A DNA stretch of 64,000 nucleotides from Candidatus Kapaibacterium sp. (GCA_963665665.1 OY762428.1:4384001-4448000), one strand, 5' to 3'; positions 20,220 to 29,313 are shown, numbered from the stretch's first letter. The notes: generated from the sequence alone by a model not told the origin. Made by a program: numbers and translations.

Positions 20220-21266
20220 TTAAATCACAGTAGCCGAAATAACCGCATTAGGTTCATGTATAGTAGGCAGGGATTTCTGCTCCACTTTCCAGTCCAAAGC
20301 TGTTTTGTCGTCGTTAGTATTTGTTTCCACCAGTAGTTCATTCTGGTAAATTTTCAGGTTGCCGTTTTCAATCCTGTAAATAGGCCCGAAATGAACTTTG
20401 AAGCCCTGTGACTTACTTGCCACCATGATAGCCTTCTTCGGATCAATCATATTGGTTGTAACATCATCGGCATCTGTGTACTGCTGGTTATACTCGAAAA
20501 TATCTACACCCATTATCCTGCCGATATAAATACCGGAACGGGTATTCGACTGTGTCATATCAAGCACGCCGATACGGTTGTTGTTGGTATCCAGTTCCTT
20601 CTTGATTGAATCATGGGATACAAAAGCATCGGCAGCTTCACTACCAAGAATCATGATATCTGCATTGACACCGCTTCGCTTCATGATATCCCTTTTCCAT
20701 GCCCTGAGTTTCTTCAAAGGTTTGGCAGTGGCATCGCTCCATTTGTCTGCTGCAGCAAGTGTAACAAGATGAACGCCATCCTCAAACTCGAAGTCAACTG
20801 AGAATTCAATATTATCCTGGCTGACAATAACTTCTCCTGTAGAAATAGCCTCACAAGCCATCTGCTCACGCCTTCGGATAATCCTGTTTTTCAGTTCTTC
20901 CAGTTCCTGAAGGATCATCTGATTAGCAAGCCTTGTTCTTTCCTCCGGGCTTGTCACCCAGATGTTACCAATTGACTTGTAGTTCGCAAGCTCAAGTGCA
21001 GTAAAGAGTTTCTTCTCAAAAGTCCTTGGCAGGGAGATAGTCTTGATTTCCTTACTCAATTTCTTGATCGGTAAAGCCCCTTCATGCTGATTTACGAACT
21101 GTGCCAGTTTGTTTGAGCCGGTGATAATTTCGATGTCTATCTTGTCGGCAGCGTGATACTGCCTGTTTTTGAAGAAAGTATTCAGGACAAAAGGCTCAAT
21201 AACTTTCGACCTGTTAATAGCATTCGTGAGGCTTCGTGCTTCAAACATATCGATCAATGCGCTCAT
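20220..21266 (-). CDS. Major capsid protein (phage capsid E family)
   Basis: 348 aa; LTNAIN...FFK...ELKNRIIRRREQMACEAISTG...KSLPTI; follows the decoration gene. Confidence 0.88.
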   Translation of the reverse strand: MSALIDMFEARSLTNAINRSKVIEPFVLNTFFKNRQYHAADKIDIEIITGSNKLAQFVNQHEGALPIKKLSKEIKTISLPRTFEKKLFTALELANYKSIGNIWVTSPEERTRLANQMILQELEELKNRIIRRREQMACEAISTGEVIVSQDNIEFSVDFEFEDGVHLVTLAAADKWSDATAKPLKKLRAWKRDIMKRSGVNADIMILGSEAADAFVSHDSIKKELDTNNNRIGVLDMTQSNTRSGIYIGRIMGVDIFEYNQQYTDADDVTTNMIDPKKAIMVASKSQGFKVHFGPIYRIENGNLKIYQNELLVETNTNDDKTALDWKVEQKSLPTIHEPNAVISATVI

Positions 21267-21631
21267 GCCAATTCCTCCTTAATTACAATTGTACCGTTGT
21301 TGTAAACCCCTGTAGTAATCTCCCGAGCCGCTGTGAGCGCCGTTTTTTGGAACTCGCCATGTACATACATGAAACCTTTGCCATCGGCATCAGTGGCATC
21401 AACGTTGCAGCCGAGTATGCCGGTAAGGTTCTCCGTGCCGTCCTCTGCTGTGTTGTCCCAGATATAATATTTGCCTGTGCCTGTTTCCTTGCCAAGGCAG
21501 GTTCCCCTTGTCAGGTTCTGACCGGAAGCGATGACAATATTGGTAATCTCCATGTTGGGATGGAGACTTGCAGGTATGTCAACCGAAGGATCCATGTCAG
21601 CAAGTTTCGTAAAACCAAGATCGATTCCCAT
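21263..21631 (-). CDS. Head decoration protein (lambda gpD-like)
   Basis: IASGQNLTRGTCLGK...DGTENLTGIL...YVHGEF. Confidence 0.85.
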   Translation of the reverse strand: MGIDLGFTKLADMDPSVDIPASLHPNMEITNIVIASGQNLTRGTCLGKETGTGKYYIWDNTAEDGTENLTGILGCNVDATDADGKGFMYVHGEFQKTALTAAREITTGVYNNGTIVIKEELA

Positions 21632-21640
21632 TATTTCCTC

Positions 21641-21672
21641 AATTGATAGTTGATAATTGATAGTTGAAAGTT
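21641..21672. repeat. Heptamer array upstream of four-helix-bundle gene
   Basis: aattgatagttgataattgatagttgaaagtt. Confidence 0.85.
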
Positions 21673-21689
21673 TTTTGATATATTGTCAG

Positions 21690-22040
21690 ATGGAGAAAAG
21701 TACCGTAAAAGATAAAAGTTTCAAGTTTGCTATAGAGATAGTTCATCTTTACAAACTTCTGAAAGAACAAAATGAATATATTCTGTCCAAGCAGTTGCTT
21801 CGCAGTGGTACAAGTATTGGAGCAAATGTTCAGGAAGCCCAGCAGGCTCAATCCAGGCCTGATTTCATTCACAAAATGTCGATAGCTTTGAAGGAAGCTC
21901 AAGAAACTGAATACTGGCTTATGCTTTTCAAAGAATCCGATCTCGTTACATTTGATTTTGATCATTATTTATTTCTCGTTAATGAACTTATAAAAATGCT
22001 AACTGCAATAATTAAAACAACTAAAGCAAACTCGAAATAG
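21690..22040 (+). CDS. Four helix bundle protein (23S rRNA IVP / Avd-like, TIGR02436-type)
   Basis: KSFKFAIEIV...LSKQLLRSGTSIGANVQEAQQAQSRPDFIHKMSIALKEAQETEYWL; likely ATG at 21690. Confidence 0.93.
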   Translation: MEKSTVKDKSFKFAIEIVHLYKLLKEQNEYILSKQLLRSGTSIGANVQEAQQAQSRPDFIHKMSIALKEAQETEYWLMLFKESDLVTFDFDHYLFLVNELIKMLTAIIKTTKANSK

Positions 22041-22140
22041 TTGAAAGTTGATAATTGAAAGTTGACAGTTATTTCTCCTTAACATTCCACTATCAACTGT
22101 CCACTAACTATCCACTTTCCACTGTCAACTGTCCACTACC
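22038..22140. repeat. Inverted heptamer array downstream of four-helix-bundle gene
   Basis: tagttgaaagttgataattgaaagttgacagtt ... cactatcaactgtccactaactatccactttccactgtcaactgtccact. Confidence 0.85.
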
Positions 22141-23280
22141 ATAGTATTCATCGATAAATTTATTCTGCTCTTCGAAGCTGTTGTTGTTACCTGCTAATGC
22201 TTTGTCGGCTATTTCTGAAAACTCTACCTGTGTCGGGAATGATTCGATCAGCTTTTTGATTACATCCTCACCTCTGAGAGTTTTCGTAACTCCGTTTTCT
22301 GAGAATTCAAAGCCAATGTCATTACCTCTGGCTGTTTCAAATGCAAGTCGAACAAGGTTCTTCTGTGCAGGCACTAACCGCCCTGTCTGTGAGCTGAAAT
22401 ACTCATTAAATTTCATTTCCCTGTTGTCGTTTTCAAGTGATTCGAGTTTTCTCTGCATCTCCTGATACTCTTTCGACTGGGTCAGGTCAATTTTGTCTTT
22501 GCCTTCATTTGCTTCAACAGGCTTCGGCGGATTTTCATCTTTCCTGATGTGCCTGTCTTTGATTTTTTCAAGCTCCTCAGCTGTCTGGTTGGCAATCTCT
22601 TCGTTGAAGGTCTGACCAAGCCATGTGAGGAGGTCTTCGAATAGTTTTGAATAGTTCTCCGGCATATTGCCTCCCTGGAAATTTATTGGTATTCGATTAA
22701 TTTCTGGATTATGTCCTTCAAAATCTTCGGATTTTGAGGGAGAGAAATATATATTTCTTTTCTTTTCCTTTCTTTTCCTTTGTTCGTTTTTGTTGCCCGT
22801 CTGTTCATCATCCGTTGAACAGGTGTTCGATTCTGTTCGAGCATTCGTTAAATGCTCTTCAAACATCAGTTCAACAAATGCTTCATCACTGTTGAAATTT
22901 GTGTCCTTCAAACCCTTTACTGCCGGAGGAACAGCTCCCAAATATCCAACATGCCTGAGCATCATATCCGGGTACAGGGCGATGGAGACTTTCTTGTACT
23001 TTCCGTCCCTGATAAGCTGCTCGAATTCAGGATCAAGCTGATTGAATTTTGCGAGTAACCTTTCGCCATCACGTTTCAATTGCTCTACCCAGGCGTAAGC
23101 CGGAGAGTTATTTACAGGATGACCAATTACTACGGGAGCTTCATGTTTCTCATCAGGAAGCTGATTGTTGTATTTAGCTGCAATAGTATCAAGGTCTTCT
23201 ATAGTCCAGTCTTTTTCGTTACCGCCAGCGTCGGTGTGCAGTCCAGCTTTAAAGACCTCCTTCCATATAACCTTTGGCAT
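22108..23280 (-). CDS. Mu gp32-like prohead protease with C-terminal scaffold
   Basis: EAPVVIGHP...PAYAWV...GKYKKVSIAL...LRHVGYLGAVPPAVKGL. Confidence 0.88.
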   Translation of the reverse strand: MPKVIWKEVFKAGLHTDAGGNEKDWTIEDLDTIAAKYNNQLPDEKHEAPVVIGHPVNNSPAYAWVEQLKRDGERLLAKFNQLDPEFEQLIRDGKYKKVSIALYPDMMLRHVGYLGAVPPAVKGLKDTNFNSDEAFVELMFEEHLTNARTESNTCSTDDEQTGNKNEQRKRKEKKRNIYFSPSKSEDFEGHNPEINRIPINFQGGNMPENYSKLFEDLLTWLGQTFNEEIANQTAEELEKIKDRHIRKDENPPKPVEANEGKDKIDLTQSKEYQEMQRKLESLENDNREMKFNEYFSSQTGRLVPAQKNLVRLAFETARGNDIGFEFSENGVTKTLRGEDVIKKLIESFPTQVEFSEIADKALAGNNNSFEEQNKFIDEYYGSGQLTVESG

Positions 23281-23306
23281 TTTTCACCTTTTATAGTTTT
23301 ACCTTT

Positions 23307-23351
23307 GCAAAGCTATTTATGGCGATGGTATCAGGCAATGCACTGAGTGCA
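23307..23351 (-). promoter_or_regulatory. Putative late promoter, copy 5 (palindromic, at divergence point)
   Basis: TGCACT-G-AGTGCA at 23339-23351; canonical TAGCTTTG box on the minus strand at 23308-23315. Confidence 0.6.
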
Positions 23352-23466
23352 GTCATTAGCTACATTGAGTATTACCCGGTCTTTGATTTGTTTTGCAAAG
23401 GATTCAGCTATTTCTGGAAAATTGATACAGGTTTATAGCTGATTCGGAATAAAAGCAATACAAATT

Positions 23467-24180
23467 TTGGACGGTTTTATGAACAGGTTAACACCAAAAC
23501 AAATCTACAATGAGCTAAGCGAAGTCTATGATCGGAGCTATGGCAGCAGGATACATGAGCTTGAGGATGAGTATATCTACAGCTACCTTGCTGAGCATGG
23601 CTTTACAAAAGGCAGCCTTCTTGACTTAGGTTCCGGTACAGGTTCGATACTTAATCATTTGGGGATCAGGAAAGAAGATTATACCGGAATTGATGTTTCT
23701 GATAAGATGATTGAGATCAGCCGGAAGAAGTTCCCGGGATATAAGTTTGAAATCGCTACTATGACCAACCTTCCTTACGAGAATGAATCATTCGACAATG
23801 TCATTTCACTATTCGGCAGTTTTTCATACGCATATAAGCCAGGTAAAGCAGTTAAGGAAATGGACAGGGTTTTAAAACCTAAAGGAAAATTCTTGATCAT
23901 GGCTTGCGGAAAGAAGTACAAATACAGGGAATCATATATCCTGAACAAATTCGATATTGAAAGCCCGGCAAGGTTCTTTTCAAGGGATGAGCTTAAGGAT
24001 TTATTCTTTGGATTCACTAATGTAAAAATATTCAGTATGACATGGCTAAGTGAAAAGCTTGCTAAAATACTTCCTTATCGGTTAGCAAGATTATATCACA
24101 ACTTCGAAACAAAATATCTAAGCCGGTTTATACCCGAACAGTTTTACTTCCACATAATAACAGGACAGAAAGATGCCTAA
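23467..24180 (+). CDS. Class I SAM-dependent methyltransferase
   Basis: LLDLGSGTG, YTGIDVS, LPYENESFD, RVLKPKG. Confidence 0.88.
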   Translation: MDGFMNRLTPKQIYNELSEVYDRSYGSRIHELEDEYIYSYLAEHGFTKGSLLDLGSGTGSILNHLGIRKEDYTGIDVSDKMIEISRKKFPGYKFEIATMTNLPYENESFDNVISLFGSFSYAYKPGKAVKEMDRVLKPKGKFLIMACGKKYKYRESYILNKFDIESPARFFSRDELKDLFFGFTNVKIFSMTWLSEKLAKILPYRLARLYHNFETKYLSRFIPEQFYFHIITGQKDA

Positions 24181-25318
24181 GCATTATAGAATTGAAAATG
24201 TATTTGATGCAGCTCTGGACAGGATGATCAAGCTGTACGAAGATGGTCACAGGGTTGTTGTGTCCTTCTCAGGTGGTAAGGATTCCGGTATTTGTGTTGA
24301 ACTTGCCATTATTGCCGCAACACTGACTAATAAACTGCCTGTCGAAGTGGTAATGAGGGATGAGGAAATAATGTATCCCGGAACATTTGAATATGCAGAA
24401 AGGATAGCTAATAGACCGGAAGTTAAGTTCTACTGGTATTATGCAAATCAGCCTATTGTGAATATCTTCAACAGACAGAACCCTTATTTCTGGGTTTTCG
24501 ATCCTAAGCTACCACCCGAAAAATGGGTAAGACAACCTCCTGACTTTGCAGTTAAGATACCGGAACAGAGTATTCAGGGACTAATCGGTCAAAACAAATT
24601 CCCAGCGCCTGAAGGTAAAAAGCTAATTGCTGTAATCGGTCTTAGGACAGATGAATCTATGCTAAGGAAAATGGGCTTGATGTCCAGCAAGGGATATGTC
24701 ACCAAAGGTAAAAGTTCTTATGGAACATATAATGCCAGGCCGATTTATGACTGGTCGGACGGGGATGTCTGGAAGGCTATCAGGGATAATAACTGGGATT
24801 ACAACAAAGCCTATGATGTTATGCACAGGTTGGGAATCAGCAGGAATAAGCTTAGGATCGCTCCACCTACATTAGCAGCAGCAGCTATAGATGGAATGGC
24901 TATGGCAGCGAAGGCATGGCCTCAATGGTTTGATAAGGTATGTCAGAGGTTACCCGGGGTAAGGACAGCAAGCATGTTCGGTAGAAGGTCTGTTGAGCCA
25001 ATTCGAAAACTCGGGGAATCATGGAAAGACTGTTTCCACAGAACCTGCATCGATGAAGCTCCGGAGTGGATAGCTGAGAGATCAAGGAAATTAGCCACCT
25101 ATGTTTTGATGAACCACAAAAGGCATTCCACTGAAGCATTTCCGGAAGTTACGAAATGTCCTAAGTGTCAGATGACATCATCTTGGAAGAACCTTGCAAA
25201 GATCATGTATATGGGGGAACCATTCTCCATGAAAGTAAAAGTTGATGTTTTGCCTTATGTAGAACCGGAATATTTCAGGGAAGGTGCAGGAACATGGGGC
25301 GGAAAACCCACCTGGTAG
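24173..25318 (+). CDS. PAPS-reductase-family PP-loop protein (IbrA/DndC-like)
   Basis: VVSFSGGKDS PP-motif, GLRTDES, PIYDWSDGDVW. Confidence 0.85.
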   Translation: MPKHYRIENVFDAALDRMIKLYEDGHRVVVSFSGGKDSGICVELAIIAATLTNKLPVEVVMRDEEIMYPGTFEYAERIANRPEVKFYWYYANQPIVNIFNRQNPYFWVFDPKLPPEKWVRQPPDFAVKIPEQSIQGLIGQNKFPAPEGKKLIAVIGLRTDESMLRKMGLMSSKGYVTKGKSSYGTYNARPIYDWSDGDVWKAIRDNNWDYNKAYDVMHRLGISRNKLRIAPPTLAAAAIDGMAMAAKAWPQWFDKVCQRLPGVRTASMFGRRSVEPIRKLGESWKDCFHRTCIDEAPEWIAERSRKLATYVLMNHKRHSTEAFPEVTKCPKCQMTSSWKNLAKIMYMGEPFSMKVKVDVLPYVEPEYFREGAGTWGGKPTW

Positions 25319-25411
25319 TTGATAGTTGACAGTTGAAAGTGGACAGTGGACAGTGAGAAGAGAATAAAAGAAGAAATTAACTATCAACTATCAATTATCA
25401 ACTTTCAACTG
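25316..25411. repeat. Inverted heptamer array
   Basis: tagttgatagttgacagttgaaagtggacagtggacagtg ... aactatcaactatcaattatcaactttcaactg. Confidence 0.88.
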
Positions 25412-25482
25412 AAATTCGGCGTAAATACTTGATAATTATAGATTTACATGCAATAATAAAATAGAGTAACCGTCTTAAATAT

Positions 25483-25770
25483 ATGGAACTTACATCATTT
25501 ATAGAATTCGTTGACAGCCAGAAATGGATATTTGCAAAAACTTATGCAAATAAAGCTCCACATTCTTACTGCTTAAAGAAAAACTGTGAGAATATTGAGC
25601 GCTTCAATCAGGCTGTCCAGTTTATCCGTGACAACGGAGTCAAAGAATTCTTCTATCGCAAAGCATTCATATACTTTTATCATGACGGTTACAAGTACTG
25701 GACTATGGGAGCGCCCATAGCTCAGACAATACTAATTAACCGAACAAATGATTTTAGTAAATATGAGTGA
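25483..25770 (+). CDS. Conserved-looking hypothetical protein
   Basis: WIFAKTY...APHSY...DGYKYWTMG...LINR. Confidence 0.7.
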   Translation: MELTSFIEFVDSQKWIFAKTYANKAPHSYCLKKNCENIERFNQAVQFIRDNGVKEFFYRKAFIYFYHDGYKYWTMGAPIAQTILINRTNDFSKYE

Positions 25771-25775
25771 TTTGA

Positions 25776-26456
25776 ATGAAGACATTTGATGACGGAAAAT
25801 GGCTCTACGGTGATTCCTGGGAACGTTTCCCGATAGAGACTGGTCAAGTATGGCGTGCAGGAAATAACGTCGTCTCGGCAAGGGATTTAACTCATTTGGA
25901 CAGTCTGGACTTTCTCGGCAGGACAAAGTTCGATATGTCCTATATTGACCCTCCCTGGAATACCGGCAATATCAATTCCTTCTACACAAAAGCAGGATTT
26001 TCCGAAAGAAAGCAGTTCAATTCATTTATTGAAAAGCTGATCGTTCTTATCAGGAAACATTCCCCTTATGTGAACTACCTTGAGATGGGCAAACAGAACC
26101 TTGAATACGTAAAGGATCTGATCTACAGGCATAACGGCATAGTTACCAATGTATGGAAGATAAAATACTACCGGAAGCATGACTGCTATCTGATAAGGTA
26201 TTCATTCACCTATCCGGATATGCTTGATTATGATTTTACCGGAATGGATGACGAACTGACTCCCAAGATGGCAATCTTCATGGAAAAAAATGTCGAGAAT
26301 GTTCTCGATCTGTGTACAGGAAGAGGTTTGACTGGAAGGACGGCATTTGCACAGGGAAAACAGTTTTTCGGTATTGAACTGAATAAAAGAAGATTAGCCA
26401 ATCTGATTGATTTCTACAGCAAACAAGGTTTAACCATTAATAAATTGAGAGGATAA
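25776..26456 (+). CDS. Amino-methyltransferase-like protein (N6A/N4C)
   Basis: DPPW catalytic-type motif followed by SAM motif VLDLCTGRG and GIELN. Confidence 0.7.
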   Translation: MKTFDDGKWLYGDSWERFPIETGQVWRAGNNVVSARDLTHLDSLDFLGRTKFDMSYIDPPWNTGNINSFYTKAGFSERKQFNSFIEKLIVLIRKHSPYVNYLEMGKQNLEYVKDLIYRHNGIVTNVWKIKYYRKHDCYLIRYSFTYPDMLDYDFTGMDDELTPKMAIFMEKNVENVLDLCTGRGLTGRTAFAQGKQFFGIELNKRRLANLIDFYSKQGLTINKLRG

Positions 26457-26457
26457 T

Positions 26458-27327
26458 ATGAGCACTTATAACACAACACCCGAAGCTACACAGAAAGCAG
26501 TTTCCGAGAAGATTATCAAAAAAGGTAAAAAGGAAATTGACAAAAAGAATGTAACTCTCGGGGAACTTAAGATTGAATACGTCGAGGTTGATTCCATCAA
26601 GCCTAACAATTACAATCCAAACAGGCAGAGCGAACATGACTTTGAACTGCTACTTAAATCTATGGAAGAGGATGGATTCACACAGCCTATCATTGTCCAG
26701 CAGGACACAAAGATGATCGTCGATGGCGAGCATAGATGGAGGGCTGCTTCTACTCTTGGCTACAAAGAAATTCCTGTGGTATTCGTGAAGATGACACCGG
26801 AACAGATGAGAATTGCAACTCTCAGACATAACAGGGCAAGAGGAAGTGAAGACCTTGAACTGTCTGTACAGGTATTGCGTGACCTTCAGGAACTTGGGGC
26901 TATGGACTGGGCACAGGATTCCCTAATGCTCTCAGATGATGAAATAAACAGGCTGCTTGAAGATATTCCAGTACCGGAAGCATTAGCCAATGAGGAATAT
27001 GATCAGTCCTGGGAACCTACTGAACTATCTGATGAAGATAACAATGTCACTTCTACTGAAGCAAGGCCTGTTGATGGTTATACATACGGCGGTGAAATGG
27101 TGACGGCAGCATCTTCCAAAGCTGTGGATACCATCAAGGAAAGACAGGCACTGATCGAACAAGCCAAGAACGAAGAAGAAAGAGAAATGGCAAAACAGCA
27201 GACGAAGCTGTACAGGGTTTCCCTGATATTTGCCAATGAGGAAGCAGAGATCATCGAAGGAGTTCTGGGTAAGGAACCTGCCGTAAAACTGCTTGAACTT
27301 TGTAAGAAAGAACTGGGTACTGAATAA
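26458..27327 (+). CDS. ParB/Srx-domain protein (IbrB-like)
   Basis: IKPNNYNPN...GFTQPIIV...IVDGEHRW...ATLRHNRARG. Confidence 0.88.
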   Translation: MSTYNTTPEATQKAVSEKIIKKGKKEIDKKNVTLGELKIEYVEVDSIKPNNYNPNRQSEHDFELLLKSMEEDGFTQPIIVQQDTKMIVDGEHRWRAASTLGYKEIPVVFVKMTPEQMRIATLRHNRARGSEDLELSVQVLRDLQELGAMDWAQDSLMLSDDEINRLLEDIPVPEALANEEYDQSWEPTELSDEDNNVTSTEARPVDGYTYGGEMVTAASSKAVDTIKERQALIEQAKNEEEREMAKQQTKLYRVSLIFANEEAEIIEGVLGKEPAVKLLELCKKELGTE

Positions 27328-28028
27328 TGACCGAAGCTTGGGAAAGGCTACCGGGCGAAACCAACAAAGCTTTTAATGCTTTCTGTATTTATCGTGATCT
27401 TCGTCAGAACAGGAGTTTTACCAAAGTCCAGATTCAGCTTGGCAAAAAGAGCAAGTCATACATTGCTCACTGGTCCAAGAAGTATAACTGGATTGAACGG
27501 GTCAAGGCTTTTGATGATGATGAAGACCGAAAGAACAGGATAAAACAGCAGGAGAGCATTCAGAAGATGAACGAGAGGCAAGCCCAGCAGGCAGAGACAT
27601 TTCAGAGGATATTGTTTCTGCCTGTTACTGCTATTTCCGCAAGGCTGAAGAAAGACAGGGATAATAAAACACCTGCAATCGAAGACTTAAATCAGCTTGA
27701 TACTATTCAGCTTATTGAGATGATAGGACAGATGAGCAGGAATTATGGTAATCTGGTCAATATAGAAAGAATTGCCCGTGGAGCTCCGACCGAGATCGGC
27801 AAAAGCGAGAATACAATAATAGTTCCAAACAACATTGCAAAATACGGGGAGATGGTAGCTAATGACGAAAAAGCTACAGAGAAGCTTACTGAATACCTCT
27901 CTTGCCTTGGAGACCCACGCGTGGGAGACCCTCAAAACGGCAAGCCCGGCAACGATGGCGATGCACCTGTCGGACGGGAAGTATCTGATAGCTCCTCACA
28001 TAAACATACTGAACAAGAAACTACTTGA
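27327..28028 (+). CDS. Terminase small subunit-like protein
   Basis: WERLPGETNKAFNAFCIYRD...WSKKYNWIERVKAFD; directly upstream of the large subunit. Confidence 0.7.
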   Translation: MTEAWERLPGETNKAFNAFCIYRDLRQNRSFTKVQIQLGKKSKSYIAHWSKKYNWIERVKAFDDDEDRKNRIKQQESIQKMNERQAQQAETFQRILFLPVTAISARLKKDRDNKTPAIEDLNQLDTIQLIEMIGQMSRNYGNLVNIERIARGAPTEIGKSENTIIVPNNIAKYGEMVANDEKATEKLTEYLSCLGDPRVGDPQNGKPGNDGDAPVGREVSDSSSHKHTEQETT

Positions 28029-29307
28029 TGTAGCCGGGGGAAGGACAAAGAGACTAATTGTTAATATGCCTCCCAGACATGGTAAATCAGAGCTTATATC
28101 AAGATATTTTCCGGCATGGTATCTCGGCACCTATCCGGATAGAAGGATTATTCTTGTTTCGTATGAAGCAGGCTTTGCAGCATCATGGGGAAGGAAGACA
28201 AAGGAACTATTGGAAGAACATGGAGAGGATCTATTCGGTATCAAGCTTAACAGGCTTTCGAATTCAGCATACAGATGGGATGTTGCAGAACACGATGGCG
28301 GGCTCAATGCTACTGGTGTCGGTGGCGCTATTACAGGTAAGGGAGCAAATGTACTAATCATTGATGATCCTGTCAAAAACGATGAACAGGCAAACAGTAA
28401 GACATACAGGGATAAAACCTATGATTGGTTCAGGGCAACAGCATATACAAGGCTGGAACCGGGCGGAGCTATAATTGTTATAATGACACGATGGAATTTT
28501 GATGACCTTGCCGGAAGATTGCTTAACGATCCGGAATCAGATGATAAATGGGAAGTGATAGATTTTCCGGCAATAGCAAAAGAAGATGATATCCTCGGAA
28601 GGAAAGAAGGTGAAGCATTGTGGCCGCTAAGGTATTCACTTAAGAAGCTTCAATCTATAAAAAAACAGATAGGTTCTTACTGGTTCAATGCTCTGTATCA
28701 GCAGCAGCCGATTGCTTCAGAATACCAGATATTTAAAAGCCAGTGGTGGCAGGAATATTTGGGATTACCGGATTATTCTATTCTGATACAATCCTGGGAT
28801 ACCGCATTCAAGGAAAAGGAACAGAATGACTTTTCAGTTTGCACTACTTGGGCTTTAACTAAGAACGGATATTATCTGGTTGATTACTGGAGAAGCAAAG
28901 TTCTTTTTCCGGACCTCCAAAGACAGGTTGTCATGCAGTATAATAAGCACAAACCGAATGTAGTTCTTATCGAGGATGCAGCAAGCGGACAAAGCCTTAT
29001 TCAGGTTCTGCAGAGGGAAACAAAGATTCCTATCAAGGCGGTTAAAGCTCTCAGGGACAAAGTAACAAGGGCTCATCTGGTAACACCGCTGTTTGAAGCA
29101 GGTAAGATATTTGTTCCAAAGGATGCCGTCTTTCTTGCAGATATTATCAATGAATGCTCTGAATTTCCTTATGGTAATCACGACGATATTGTAGATTCAA
29201 TCACACAGGCTCTTGATTTCTTAAGAAAGAGAGCAGGCAATTCGAAACCGATTAAACTAATGAAAAATGTTCAGCACAAAAGAGAAAATTTCTTCACCAC
29301 TTACTAA
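27862..29307 (+). CDS. Terminase large subunit
   Basis: NMPPRHGKS Walker A, LIIDDP Walker B, SWDTA and HDDIVDS nuclease motifs; exact start uncertain. Confidence 0.93.
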   Translation: MTKKLQRSLLNTSLALETHAWETLKTASPATMAMHLSDGKYLIAPHINILNKKLLDVAGGRTKRLIVNMPPRHGKSELISRYFPAWYLGTYPDRRIILVSYEAGFAASWGRKTKELLEEHGEDLFGIKLNRLSNSAYRWDVAEHDGGLNATGVGGAITGKGANVLIIDDPVKNDEQANSKTYRDKTYDWFRATAYTRLEPGGAIIVIMTRWNFDDLAGRLLNDPESDDKWEVIDFPAIAKEDDILGRKEGEALWPLRYSLKKLQSIKKQIGSYWFNALYQQQPIASEYQIFKSQWWQEYLGLPDYSILIQSWDTAFKEKEQNDFSVCTTWALTKNGYYLVDYWRSKVLFPDLQRQVVMQYNKHKPNVVLIEDAASGQSLIQVLQRETKIPIKAVKALRDKVTRAHLVTPLFEAGKIFVPKDAVFLADIINECSEFPYGNHDDIVDSITQALDFLRKRAGNSKPIKLMKNVQHKRENFFTTY

Positions 29308-29313
29308 ATAGCT

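Noticed and set aside
21690-22040. 23S rRNA intervening sequence
   Set aside because: No rRNA sequence flanks the gene; the family name is historical.
24173-25318. Sulfate-assimilation cysH auxiliary gene or full Dnd system
   Set aside because: The context is ParB/methyltransferase/terminase, and no cys, dndA/D/E or ssp genes are present.
25316-25411. CRISPR array
   Set aside because: The repeats are contiguous 7-mers without unique spacers, and there is no cas operon.
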